Below are positions 19,455 to 29,936 of a stretch of DNA of 32,204 nucleotides, one piece after another. A program made the translations under genes and the position numbers. Each line of letters opens with the position of its first letter. The first letter of the stretch is position 1. The notes beneath the pieces are model-generated. The model searched no databases. It was given only the letters and a program-made list of their open reading frames with translations, and had not been told where the DNA came from. The stretch lies in contig CAWJZV010000038.1 in assembly GCA_963847445.1 (NCBI GenBank), positions 1-32,204 on the forward strand, written 5' to 3'. Source of the stretch: an uncultured delta proteobacterium (GTDB taxonomy: Bacteria > Desulfobacterota > Binatia > UBA9968).

Positions 19455-20015
19455 ATGGTTCAGGCAACTCAACTGCGGCCGGGCATGATTATCGTTCACG
19501 CGGGCGATCTTTATCGCGTCACCGCCGTGCATCACTTAACTCCCGGCAACAAGCGCGGCTTCATGCAGACCAAGATGAAGAGTCTGCGCACCGGCATCGG
19601 CACCGAATACAAGTTTCGCTCGGAAGACCGGGTCGATCAGGCGATCTTGGACAACCGCCAGTTCCAGTACCTCTACGCCGAAGGCGACCTGCATACCTTC
19701 ATGGACACCGAGAACTATGAGCAGATCACGCTGACTGCCGACACCATCGGCGATCTGTTGAATTACTTGTTGCCCAACTCCATGGTCGGCATCGAATTCC
19801 ACGACGGCAAGCCGGTGGGCATCAACCCGCCGTCCACCGTCGACTTGGCGGTCGTCGACACCGAACCGTCCATGAAAGGCGCCACCGCGAGCGCTTCCTA
19901 TAAACACGCCAAGTTGGAGACCGGGGTCACGGTGCTGGTGCCGCCGTTCATTCAGATCGGCGATAAGGTGCGTGTCGATCCCACCGATGGGTCGTATCAG
20001 GAGCGGGTCAAGTAG
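19455..20015 (+). CDS. efp: Translation elongation factor P
   Basis: Full-length 186 aa; FRSED, QYLY, FMDTENYEQ, KHAKLETG..VPPFI..GD..VD; loop reads TPGNKRG. Confidence 0.95.
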   Translation: MVQATQLRPGMIIVHAGDLYRVTAVHHLTPGNKRGFMQTKMKSLRTGIGTEYKFRSEDRVDQAILDNRQFQYLYAEGDLHTFMDTENYEQITLTADTIGDLLNYLLPNSMVGIEFHDGKPVGINPPSTVDLAVVDTEPSMKGATASASYKHAKLETGVTVLVPPFIQIGDKVRVDPTDGSYQERVK

Positions 20016-20605
20016 CTTCAATCTTCGCTAAGACGGCACGCACTTGGGATTCCAGATCCGCCAAGCTGCCATCGTTCTCGATGACGTAGTCGGCTAACTT
20101 TCGTTTTTCTTCCAGACTCATCTGCGCGTCAATATGCTTCTGCGCCGCCGCGGCGTCGAGACCATCGCGTTGGCGCAGCCGCTGGCGTTGAATCTCGACA
20201 TCGCAGGCGACTAGAATCACCGGGCGCAGCCATTCATGCAGATTGCCTTCGAACAGCAGCGGTACTTCGTAAACCACCACGGCGTAGCCGGCTTCACCAT
20301 GCTCGCGAATGCGTCGTTCGGCCAGGGCGCGCACGCGCGGATGGATGATCGCTTCGAGCTGTTTGCGCGCGTCGGGATTGTTGAAGATGAGGGTGCGAAG
20401 CTTTTGCCGGTCGAGGGTTTGGTCGGCTTGCAGAACTTCGCTGCCGAAGGTCGCGACGATCTCTTTCCAGCCCTCATGACCCGGCGCTACCACTTCGCGT
20501 GAGAGCACGTCGGCGTCGACGATCGCCGCGCCAAGCCTGCGTCAAGATTTTCGCCACCGTACTCTTGCCAGAGGCGATGCCGCCAGTTAAGCCAACGAGT
20601 TTCAC
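20008..20605 (-). CDS. coaE: Dephospho-CoA kinase, frameshift ~20540
   Basis: GTG start, KLVGLTGGIASGKSTVA (P-loop), DAD, LDRQKL, LEAIIHP, EVPLLFE, AQM..EEK...ADYVIEN; 3' end overlaps efp convergently. Confidence 0.93.
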
Positions 20606-20687
20606 GCCACAGTAATTACAAAATGGCTAGAGGCTTTCAAGCAAAAGGTCTAGAATGATTTAAAAGATTCGAGTGGAGACCAACCAC

Positions 20688-20951
20688 ATGGCGCAAGTGA
20701 CAATCTACACCACCAACTGGTGCCCCTACTGTAACGGCGCGAAAGCGCTGCTGCGGTCTAAAGAAATCGAGTTCGACGAGATCGATGTCACCGACGACCC
20801 AGAAAAACGTGCCGAAATGGAACGCCTGTCCCAGCGCCGCACGGTGCCACAGATATTTATCGATGGCCGTGCCATCGGCGGTTATGATGATGCGAGGATG
20901 CTCGATGCCACCGGTGAACTCGATCGATTGTTGGGGCTTGCCGGGAACTGA
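20688..20951 (+). CDS. grxC: Glutaredoxin 3
   Basis: CPYC active site, TVPQIFI, IGGYDD, GELDRLL; GGAG RBS. Confidence 0.93.
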   Translation: MAQVTIYTTNWCPYCNGAKALLRSKEIEFDEIDVTDDPEKRAEMERLSQRRTVPQIFIDGRAIGGYDDARMLDATGELDRLLGLAGN

Positions 20952-21331
20952 GAATGGTCACCAATGCTCTTCGGCCATCTACAAGTTCACTAGAACGTCA
21001 GGGTCTAGTGGGGGTAGGCCGGGCAACGACTTACCCCGGATGCAGACTCCGATTGCCATAGGCGGCAAGATTAAGGAACGACGGATTCGCGCCGCAGGAA
21101 CTTCGATCGCACAAAAAAATTTTCGGTTTCATTTTCGAGCGGGAAAGTTTCCCGGTTTTATGACAGAACGCAAGATGGCACGCGCAGACAAGGCAACTGC
21201 ACGAGTAGCCGATGAAGTAAGTGAAAAATATGGCACGGATGCCTGCTAGGGCTCCGTGGCATTCGTCCATCCCTGATCCCTAGCGCTGACTTTTCGGAAA
21301 TTTCGTGGACAGGCGAACCGTTGCAGGCGGA

Positions 21332-21347
21332 CGGCATGTTGATTGCT
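21332..21347 (+). promoter_or_regulatory. sigma54-type -24/-12 promoter with no downstream protein gene
   Basis: CGGCATG-TTGA-TTGCT matches YGGCAYG-N4-TTGCW with correct GG-to-GC spacing. Confidence 0.5.
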
Positions 21348-21357
21348 CGAGAAGAAG

Positions 21358-21475
21358 TCGTTCCACTTTTTTGATGGGCACGGCATCGCTGAGAAAAACA
21401 ACATGACAAGCTGATCCGGTGCTGCGAGTGACGATCACTACCAGTTCCCTGCGAGCCGTGCCCGTCACCAAATCT
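21358..21475 (+). ncRNA. Candidate structured small RNA
   Basis: 17-bp stem TGATGGGCACGGC(A)TCGC 21372-89 / GCGAGCCGTGCCCGTCA 21451-67, with a U-G wobble on the + strand and inner hairpin AGTGA-CGA-TCACT; starts just after the sigma54 motif. Confidence 0.3.
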
Positions 21476-21677
21476 AAATAGTCCAAGCCTAGCTTCCACG
21501 GGAAAAATACTGCCGCTGCGCGAATGGTTGCCGCAAGAGTGGGTCACCATATTACGCAGTTTTTAACTCCGATGATTTCAATCGATACTTGGAAAGTGTC
21601 GTGCGGATTCCAACAGGAGTCCGGAACCAGACACCCTTGACGTAAATAACGAATTTGCGGTTTGCTGGGTGGGAAAT

Positions 21678-21753
21678 TGGAGGCGGCGAGCGGATTCGAA
21701 CCGCTGCATCGAGGTTTTGCAGACCTCTCCCTTAACCACTTGGGTACGCCGCC
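21678..21753 (-). tRNA. tRNA-Cys (GCA)
   Basis: GGCGGCG acceptor stem, D-loop AGTGGTTA, anticodon arm GAGGT-CTGCAAA-ACCTC, GGTTCGAATCC T-arm, U73 discriminator and encoded CCA; 76 nt. Confidence 0.97.
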
Positions 21754-21843
21754 CTCGCGGAAATAGGTAACATGTTCTGTTTGCGACATGCAATAAGCGC
21801 TCAAATTATTGACTTCCCGAGGCGAAACAAGTAATTAAATTGA

Positions 21844-23193
<1,350 letters not shown>

Positions 23194-23267
23194 CGATTGA
23201 ATCGGGAGAGCGTGGCGATCGATTTCTCATACAAAAACAGTTGTAGCCACAACAGCAAAGCCACAGG

Positions 23268-23756
23268 ATGAAGAAAACTCCTGTGGCTTTTTTGTGCGCG
23301 GCCAGCCGGTGCTGCTTCAGGCCGATGACCAAGGACGACCTGGACGAGGTCATGGTGATTGAGCACTCGGCGTATCGCTATCCCTGGAGTTCGGGCTTCT
23401 TTCTTGCAGGAACTGCAAGTGGCTTGCGCGCGCTCGATTCTCGCCGAAGCTCGACGGCAAGATTTGCGGCTACGTGCTGTTTTGGCTGCTGCCAGGGTCG
23501 ATCGACGTTCACAATATCGCGATCGCGCCTGACTGTCGCCGGCGTCGGCATCGCGCGCATGCTGATGCAGCCAAGTCGTGGCCGCGGCCGGCGACCCAAT
23601 CGGCTACTCGTGTGACACTTGAGGTTCGGCAGTCAAATGAGCCGGCAAAGAGGCTTTATGCCTCGCTTGGGTTCATTCAAACGGGGTTGCGCAAGGGCTA
23701 TTACGTCTGACGATGGCGAGGATGCGTTTACGATGGCGTTGGAACTTGATAGATGA
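23268..23756 (+). CDS. rimI: Ribosomal-protein alanine N-acetyltransferase RimI (several frameshifts; start uncertain)
   Basis: FRPMTKDDLDEVMVIE..YPWS..F, GYVLFW..IDVHNIAI, TLEVRQSNEPAKRLY..LGF..GLRKGYY, DGEDAFTM. Confidence 0.85.
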
Positions 23757-23868
23757 GTTGAATTTTACCGGATTTATTCAAGGCCGCTGCTAGAATCCGC
23801 ATCATGGCTCGATATTTTAACCTTAAAGTATTGAAGCGATTATTTTTTCGGCGAAATTTCCCGTGAGC

Positions 23869-23898
23869 TTGACGCGCCGTTTACGTCTGTTGTATAAG
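23869..23898 (+). promoter_or_regulatory. sigma70-like promoter upstream of carD
   Basis: TTGACG-18bp-TATAAG in an AT-rich region, about 250 bp before the carD ATG. Confidence 0.5.
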
Positions 23899-24146
23899 TT
23901 AATTGTTGGTTACAGTTAAATGGCGGTCCGAAGTTGGTGGCCGCTAATTTTTTTTGGAGTCCCGGACAGCGGGAGATCGACGAGCGGCATGATTCAAAAA
24001 ACTGATTCTACCGAAGTCAGCTTTGCCAGCCGCTCCGTTAATCAGCTCACCCCACCTGATTTTCTTTGTTCCCTAGGTTCAGCCATCCAGTCATCGACTC
24101 TGGTTCGTTCTCAAACGCGAATGTTTCGGTTTACGAGGAGGTTCCC

Positions 24147-24630
24147 ATGTTTAAGGTAGGTGAGAAGGTTGTTTATCCGGCCCATGGTGTCGGCGAGATT
24201 GAAGCGATTCGCTCGCATACGATCTCCGGGTCGGAGCGAAAGTTTTACATGCTGCGCATCTTAGAAACCGATATGAAGATCATGATCCCGATCGACAATG
24301 TCGATTCCGTGGGATTGCGCAAAATTATCGATCGGGCGATGGTCAACAAGGTCTACAAAGTCTTGCGTCAGAAGAAGGTCGAAACCGACCAGCAGACGTG
24401 GAACCGCCGTTATCGCGAATACACCGAGAAGATCAAGACCGGTTCGATTCTTGGAGATCGCCAAGGTGTTGCGCGATCTGTTTGTGCTCAAAGGCGATAA
24501 GGAGCTTTCTTTCGGCGAGCGAAAGATGCTCGACACCGCGCGCAATTTGCTGGTGAAAGAGCTGTCGATCGCGCGCTCCCATTCCGAAGAAAAGATCATG
24601 GAAGAGTTGCGTCACATATTCACTCACTAA
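24147..24630 (+). CDS. carD: CarD/CdnL family RNA polymerase-binding regulator, frameshift ~24450
   Basis: FKVGEKVVYPAHGVG, MIP....VGLR, QTWNRRYRE (conserved Trp), KELSFGERKML..AR.LLVKEL; GAGGAGG RBS; upstream of ispD as is typical. Confidence 0.95.
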
Positions 24631-24658
24631 GTACCGAATCGAAACCGAATATGTTGCT

Positions 24659-24696
24659 AAAAGAGCCGAGAGCTTATCTCTCGGCTCTTTTGTTTT
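24659..24696 (+). terminator. Intrinsic (potentially bidirectional) terminator after carD
   Basis: AAAAGAGCCGAGAG-CTTAT-CTCTCGGCTCTTTT-GTTTT. Confidence 0.75.
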
Positions 24697-24705
24697 GGAG
24701 CGCCG

Positions 24706-25408
24706 ATGCATGTCACCGCTATTATCGTTGCCGCCGGTGCAGGCCGCCGAATCGGCGGCGCCACTGCCAAAAGCTATCTGCCGATAGCCGGGACGACCGC
24801 TGATCCTACGCACGCTGGATCGAGTATTTTCCTCGCCGTCGGTCGCCGAGGTAATCTTGGTCGTGAGCGCGGATGAGATCGAGCGTTGTCGTCAGCTGCT
24901 TGAAGCCGACGTGCGTTGAAAGGCCGTCCCTACGTTCTGCAGGCCGGGGGCGCGACGCGCCAGCAATCGGTCAGGCATGGGCTGGAAAAGCTCAGCTGCG
25001 AGCCACCGATATGGTGATGATCCACGATGGTGCCCGACCGTTTGTTTCGGCGGCGCTTATCGACCGTTGTATCGCAGCGGCAGTGGCGCACGGTGCGGCG
25101 GTGGTTGGGCTGCCTGTCCGCGACACCATCAAACAGAGTTGGCACAGACGGTTACGTTCAAAGCACGCCGGAGAGAGCCGGCCTGTGGGAAATCCAGACG
25201 CCGCAGATTTTTCAGCGCGAGTCTGATCGTCGCGGCCCATGATTGGGCGGCGCGTGAAGGTATCGAAGCGACCGATGACGCGATGGTGGTCGAGCGCATG
25301 GACAAACCGGTCTTTGTCGTGGAAGGGGAGCGGACGAATTTTAAGATCACCGTGCCGGAAGATTTGTTGTTGGCGGAGGCGTTGATCCGCGCCGGCGTGG
25401 TTACTTAA
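24706..25408 (+). CDS. ispD: 2-C-methyl-D-erythritol 4-phosphate cytidylyltransferase (several frameshifts)
   Basis: [66 protein letters not shown]. Confidence 0.92.
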
Positions 25409-26223
25409 TGTGCCGGCGCTTTGAGGCCTTCGTTCAAGCTGCCGCTGCGAAAGCCCTGTAGGTCGAGACTCACGAAACTAAATCCCACCTCTTTGAAACG
25501 TGTGACAATCGCGTCTCTGATCGTCTTGTCGAAAAGCCGGTCGATTTCATTCTGGTTGACTTCAATTCTCGCCAGATCGCCGTGATAGCGCACGCGAAAC
25601 TCGCGGAAGCCCAACCCTTTCAGAAACACTTCGCAGGCACCGACCTTCTTGAGTTTTGTCGAGATCGATGGCGGTGCCATAGGGAAAGCGCGACGACAGG
25701 CAGGGGCTCGATGGTTTGTCCCAGGTCGGCAAAGTCTAGCTCGCGGCTGTAGCGGCGAATGTCGTCCTTGGTCATGCCGGCTTCGACCAAGCGGGTGGCG
25801 GACGCGCCATTGATCCGCCGCTTGCAGCCCAGGACGATGATCCTTGAGGTCGTCCGAGATTGGTGCCGTCGACGATGGTTGCGATCCCCATCTTGTCCGC
25901 TTGCTCGCGGCAGATCCGATAGAGCTCGTCTTTGCAGAAGAAGCAACGATTGACTGGATTCTGCGCGTAGGCAGGATTGTCGATTTCGTGGGAGTCGAGG
26001 ACGATATGGCGGCAGCCTAAGCTGGCGGCGAAACTGCTTCGCCGCGTCAAGCTCGCCCGGCGGCACGGACGCCGACGAGGCGGTCAGGGCGATGGCGCCG
26101 TCGCCCAAGGCGAGATGCGCGGCTTTCAACAAAAATGTCGAATCGACGCCGGCGGAAAACGCCACCAGGGTTCGGTCCGATTGCCGCAGGATCTCGGTCA
26201 GGTGGGTGAACTTTGGCGTCCAT
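25405..26223 (-). CDS. larE: ATP-dependent sulfur transferase LarE (several frameshifts)
   Basis: PP-loop [83 protein letters not shown]. Confidence 0.9.
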
Positions 26224-27153
26224 CGTTTGTCGCTGAAAAGATCGGTGCTCAGGTAATGCTCGCCCTTGTCGGCGAACAGGGTGACGACCACATGGCCTTT
26301 GCCGAGTTTTTGCGCGACTTTTAACGCGGCGCAGCAGGCGGCGCCCGATGAGATCCCAACCAGGAGTCCTTCCTCGGCGGCTAATCTGCGCGCGTGTTGA
26401 GTCGCTTCCTCGTCGGTGACCGTGATCACTTCGTCGAGAATATCCACGATTCAATACCGCGGGAATGAAACCGGCGCCGATGCCTTGAATCTTGTGATAG
26501 CCCGGTTCGCCGCCGGAAATGACCGGCGACGATGCCGGTTCGACGGCGCAGATTCTGACACCCTTCATTTTTTCTTTGAGCACTTCGCCGACACCGGTAA
26601 TCGTGCCGCCGGTGCCGACGCCGGCGACAAAGGCGTCGATGCGCTTGAACTGCTTGAGCAGTTCAAGCGCGGTGGTCTTGCGGTGCATTTCCGGATTGGC
26701 TGGATTGTTAAATTGCTGCGGCATGTAGAAGTCGCCGTTTTCCTGGAGCAGCTCCTCGGCCTTGTGAATCGCGCCACCCATGCCCTTGGTGTCGGGGGTG
26801 AGAACCAAATGCGCGCCATAGGCCGATAGCAGGCTGCGGCGTTCCTCGCTCATGGTGTCGGGCATGGTCAGGATCAATTTGTAACCTTTGACCGCGGCGA
26901 TCAAAGCCAGACCGATCCCGGTATTGCCGCTGGTGGACTCGACGATGGTCGCGCCGGGTTTGATCTTGCCTTGACGCTCGGCGGTTTCGATCATGTTCAG
27001 GCAGATGCGATCCTTGACCGATCCGCCCGGATTGAAGGATTCCATTTTGGCCCACACTTCGGCGTCGTCTTTTCCCGGAAGGCTTCTGAGTTTAACGACG
27101 GGGGTGGAGCCGATCAGATCCAATATCGACCGCGCACCATTGGAGCTAGCCAC
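26220..27153 (-). CDS. cysK: Cysteine synthase A (O-acetylserine sulfhydrylase), frameshift ~26445
   Basis: [21 protein letters not shown] (PLP Lys), [57 protein letters not shown]. Confidence 0.93.
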
Positions 27154-27227
27154 GGATTGTCTCGACTTTCATGAAGGGAGTGAATTTAGATTTGCTAATG
27201 GCAAAATGCTATATTCTTGACCGGTTA

Positions 27228-28249
27228 ATGTCAATGAATTCATCGAAACCTTACCCGCACAGATTGCACCAGCCGCGAGTTTGCGTGCTGTTTCCCGGCG
27301 CGCTGGGCGACTTCATTTGTTTCTTGCCGGCGCTACACGAACTTACTAAATCATAGCTCCGTCGATCTTTTAGCCCGCAGTGAATTTGCCGCCATCGAGC
27401 CGCGATGGCGTGCGCGTGCTTTCGTTGGAACGCTTCGAAGTGCGCCAACTATTCATCGGCGACGGCGCTGCGCGACCAGCGCGTGAGCCAATTCTTCGCG
27501 GCCTATGCCGCGATCTATTCATGGTTCGCCAGTCAGCAGCCGGTGTTCGTCGACCAACTCCAGACCGTTGCGCAGGGGCGCGCGCAGATTTTTCCGTTTC
27601 GCCCGGACAAGCTTCCCGTCCACCAAGCGGACTATTATCTTTCTTGTCTCAACAATAGCGCGCCGAACGATTTCACGCCGTTGGTGACGCTGCGTGCCGA
27701 TGCGCAGCGTTGGTGCGATGCGTTCTGCCAGCGCGCAGGGATTGACAGCGAACCGCTTCTGATCGTCGCTCCCGGGAGTGGCGCCAGCGAGAAGAATTGG
27801 CCTGAAGCGCATTTTCTCCAGGTCGCTCATTGGTGGCGCGATCGGCTTGGCGGCAAGGCGGTGGTCGTGATCGGACCCGGTCGAGATGGAACGGCGCGGC
27901 TATGAGCAGCTGTCGTCTGCTTGCGTCGTCGCTAGCGGTCTCGACCTCGGGCAGTTGGCGGCATTGCTCGCGCGCGGCGATGCTTTATATCGGCAACGAT
28001 AGCGGCGTGTCTCATCTCGCTGCTGCGGTTGGTTGCCGCACGGTGGCGCTCTTCGGTCCTTCGGATGAGCGGCAGTGGGCGCCGCGCGGACCGCGGGTGA
28101 CGATCCTACGCCGCACGCTCAACGGTTCGCCCTGTGACGGCGCGCAATCGCAGTCCTGTTCAGACCGCGCTGGTCTCGCCGAACTGACTCCAGCAGAGGT
28201 GATCCAGGCACTGAGCAAGCTGCCTGAAGTCGCCAAGCTTTGGCAATGA
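27228..28249 (+). CDS. Glycosyltransferase family 9 (ADP-heptose:LPS heptosyltransferase-like; several frameshifts)
   Basis: PGALGDFICFLPAL, APGSGASEKNWP..F, IGP, YIGNDSGVSHLAAAVG..TVALFGPSD..WAPRG. Confidence 0.87.
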
Positions 28250-28309
28250 TCGCCTTGACAGGTTGACCGGACGCGGCATAGAGGTTTGCCAGGTGAGTAA
28301 TTCCAGAGG

Positions 28310-28665
28310 TCCGATGATGGCGCGATTTATCTCTGCTTCAATTGCCCCATTTGGATTATAAAGCCAGGGACGCGCCGCTGGACATGGCGATCTTGGACCC
28401 CTATCTGGCGCTGTCCAATTCGATCATGCTCGCCAAACACGCGCTTCATCCCCACGCCGCGGCGCTGTTGATCGACTGGTCGCTGTCCGAGGAAGGGCAG
28501 AGTATGGTCACAAGCTTCGGCCGCGTGGTGTTGCGCAAAGGCGTCAAACCAAGATTTCCCGAGCTGATGGAAAAAGAGTTGTTCGTCGCCGACGGGGAAT
28601 TTCTTGCGCCGCTGCTCGAGGAAAGCGCCCGTGACTTCCGGCAGATTTTTCTGGCCGGACGGTGA
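28310..28665 (+). pseudogene. C-terminal remnant of an extracellular solute-binding protein
   Basis: APLD..DP..MLAKHALHPHAAALLIDWSLSEEGQ..GRV..RKGV matches the C-termini of the SBPs at 4188 and 29937; there is no room for the N-terminal two-thirds after the GT9 stop. Confidence 0.7.
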
Positions 28666-28773
28666 GTCGAGCTTCGCCGCCGGCTGTTCCTTACTTCCAC
28701 CTTTGCCACCCGAGTTTCGTGGCCATCGATTCTCCGCGTGATCAGTGCCGCCACCTTTAGCGCTGCCGGATTC

Positions 28774-28802
28774 TTGGCATGGTTTAACCGTTGTTATACA
28801 GT
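28774..28802 (+). promoter_or_regulatory. sigma70-like promoter for the cupin-SBP-amidohydrolase cluster
   Basis: TTGGCA-17bp-TACAGT, about 65 bp upstream of the GGAGGA-preceded ATG 28868. Confidence 0.35.
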
Positions 28803-28867
28803 CAGCCACGTCGGTGGCGGGTTAGCGTTGCCGGCAACGAGCGAACAATTGGAGTCTGGAGGATTGG

Positions 28868-29902
28868 ATGGAAGTAAAGTCGATTAAAGAAACCCATACC
28901 GAACTGATGATGCATAGCGTCAAGTTCGCCAAGGACGAACAGGGGCGGCGCAAGGGGCAGGAGATTCTCTTCAAGTGGCCCGATATCGAAAAGCAGTTAG
29001 GCGAGCACAAGCATATTTATGTCGTCGACGCCCGGCTGGGCTCGAACAATCACACGCACCGGCTGTGGTACGATGTGATTCCGCCGCACACCGAAGAGGG
29101 CCAAGAGTGGCGCGGCCTCGGCCATCGCCACACGGTGGAAGCGATCATTTATTTTCTCAAGGGCAAGGGCCACAGCATCATCGATGGCGTGCGCTACGAT
29201 TGGGGCCCTGGGGATTTACTTAGCGTACCGATGTTTTCCTGGCACCGCCATGTCAACGACGGCGACGAACCGGTGCTGCGGATCGCCTCGACCACTGGAC
29301 CGTTGTCGTTGGGTCTGGGTCAAGCGGTTTACGAGGATGAGCGGTATCCGGAATTCTGGATCTATGCGCAGGAGGGCGAAGACGCACGCAAGACGTTGAT
29401 TCCCGGTGGTGGCGGTTCCATCGATAACGGCAAAGTCGGCAGCAACCGGGCCGCCGAGATGTATGCCGAGCAGGTCGCCTTCGCCATGCATGAAGAGCAG
29501 CTGCGACGTGACAGCAAAGTGTTGGTCAAACAGAAAGACTTGGTGTTCGAACCGACGGCGATGGGCAATCTCGCCTACGTCGTCGATCCGCGCATCGGTT
29601 TTCACGCCAAAGCGCTCGGTGTGGTGATGGCGGAAATTCCGCCGGGCAAACGCTCCGGCGCCCATCGTCATCTCTACGACGAAATCAATCTGATCGTCGG
29701 TGGCAAGGGCAAGGTGATCGTCGAGGATAAGGCATTCGACTTCGACACGCTCGATGTATTATCGATCCCGGTGTTTCAGTGGCACCAGTATTTCAACACT
29801 GGCACGGAGCCGTTGCGCATCCTTGGCATCAACACGCGGTTGGCGATGGACAATCTGGGATTGTCGCTGACGCATCAGGGCGAGCATGCGGACTACGTGT
29901 GA
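28868..29902 (+). CDS. Bicupin protein (gentisate 1,2-dioxygenase-like)
   Basis: GHRHTVEAIIY..G.G..VPMFSWHRH and GAHRHLYDEINL..G.G..IPVFQWHQY; GGAGGA RBS. Confidence 0.87.
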   Translation: MEVKSIKETHTELMMHSVKFAKDEQGRRKGQEILFKWPDIEKQLGEHKHIYVVDARLGSNNHTHRLWYDVIPPHTEEGQEWRGLGHRHTVEAIIYFLKGKGHSIIDGVRYDWGPGDLLSVPMFSWHRHVNDGDEPVLRIASTTGPLSLGLGQAVYEDERYPEFWIYAQEGEDARKTLIPGGGGSIDNGKVGSNRAAEMYAEQVAFAMHEEQLRRDSKVLVKQKDLVFEPTAMGNLAYVVDPRIGFHAKALGVVMAEIPPGKRSGAHRHLYDEINLIVGGKGKVIVEDKAFDFDTLDVLSIPVFQWHQYFNTGTEPLRILGINTRLAMDNLGLSLTHQGEHADYV

Positions 29903-29936
29903 GTGGCGTCTTGAAGCATTAGATGAAGGGGGTGTC

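Noticed and set aside
21236-21284. HDV-like/theta ribozyme near the tRNA
   Set aside because: Only 6 nt lie between the P2 5' strand and P1 3' strand, leaving no room for P3/L3; no P1.1 or J4/2 catalytic C motif.
21305-21345. c-di-GMP-I riboswitch-like GGCGAACC..GACG
   Set aside because: No GAAA tetraloop, GCAAAG junction or P3 receptor, and no downstream gene.
21374-21481. Short ORF MGTASLRKTT-TGA-QADPV.. as a selenoprotein or read-through peptide
   Set aside because: No RBS, no Cys/Sec-type context and no recognisable bacterial SECIS directly after the TGA; likely chance.
20952-21677. 6S RNA, tmRNA, RNase P or SRP RNA, or an integrated element at tRNA-Cys
   Set aside because: None of the hallmark sequences is visible (GAGGAAAGUCC, tRNA-like ends with tag ORF, SRP GGAA loop); no integrase and no duplicated tRNA 3' end.
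25620-26447. Apparent in-frame CysK-LarE fusion ORF (..[17 protein letters not shown]..)
   Set aside because: Removing one G at ~26220 gives the classic ATGA stop/start overlap (CGA-TGA / ATG-ACG-CCA-AAG); in an indel-rich assembly this is more parsimonious than a true fusion.
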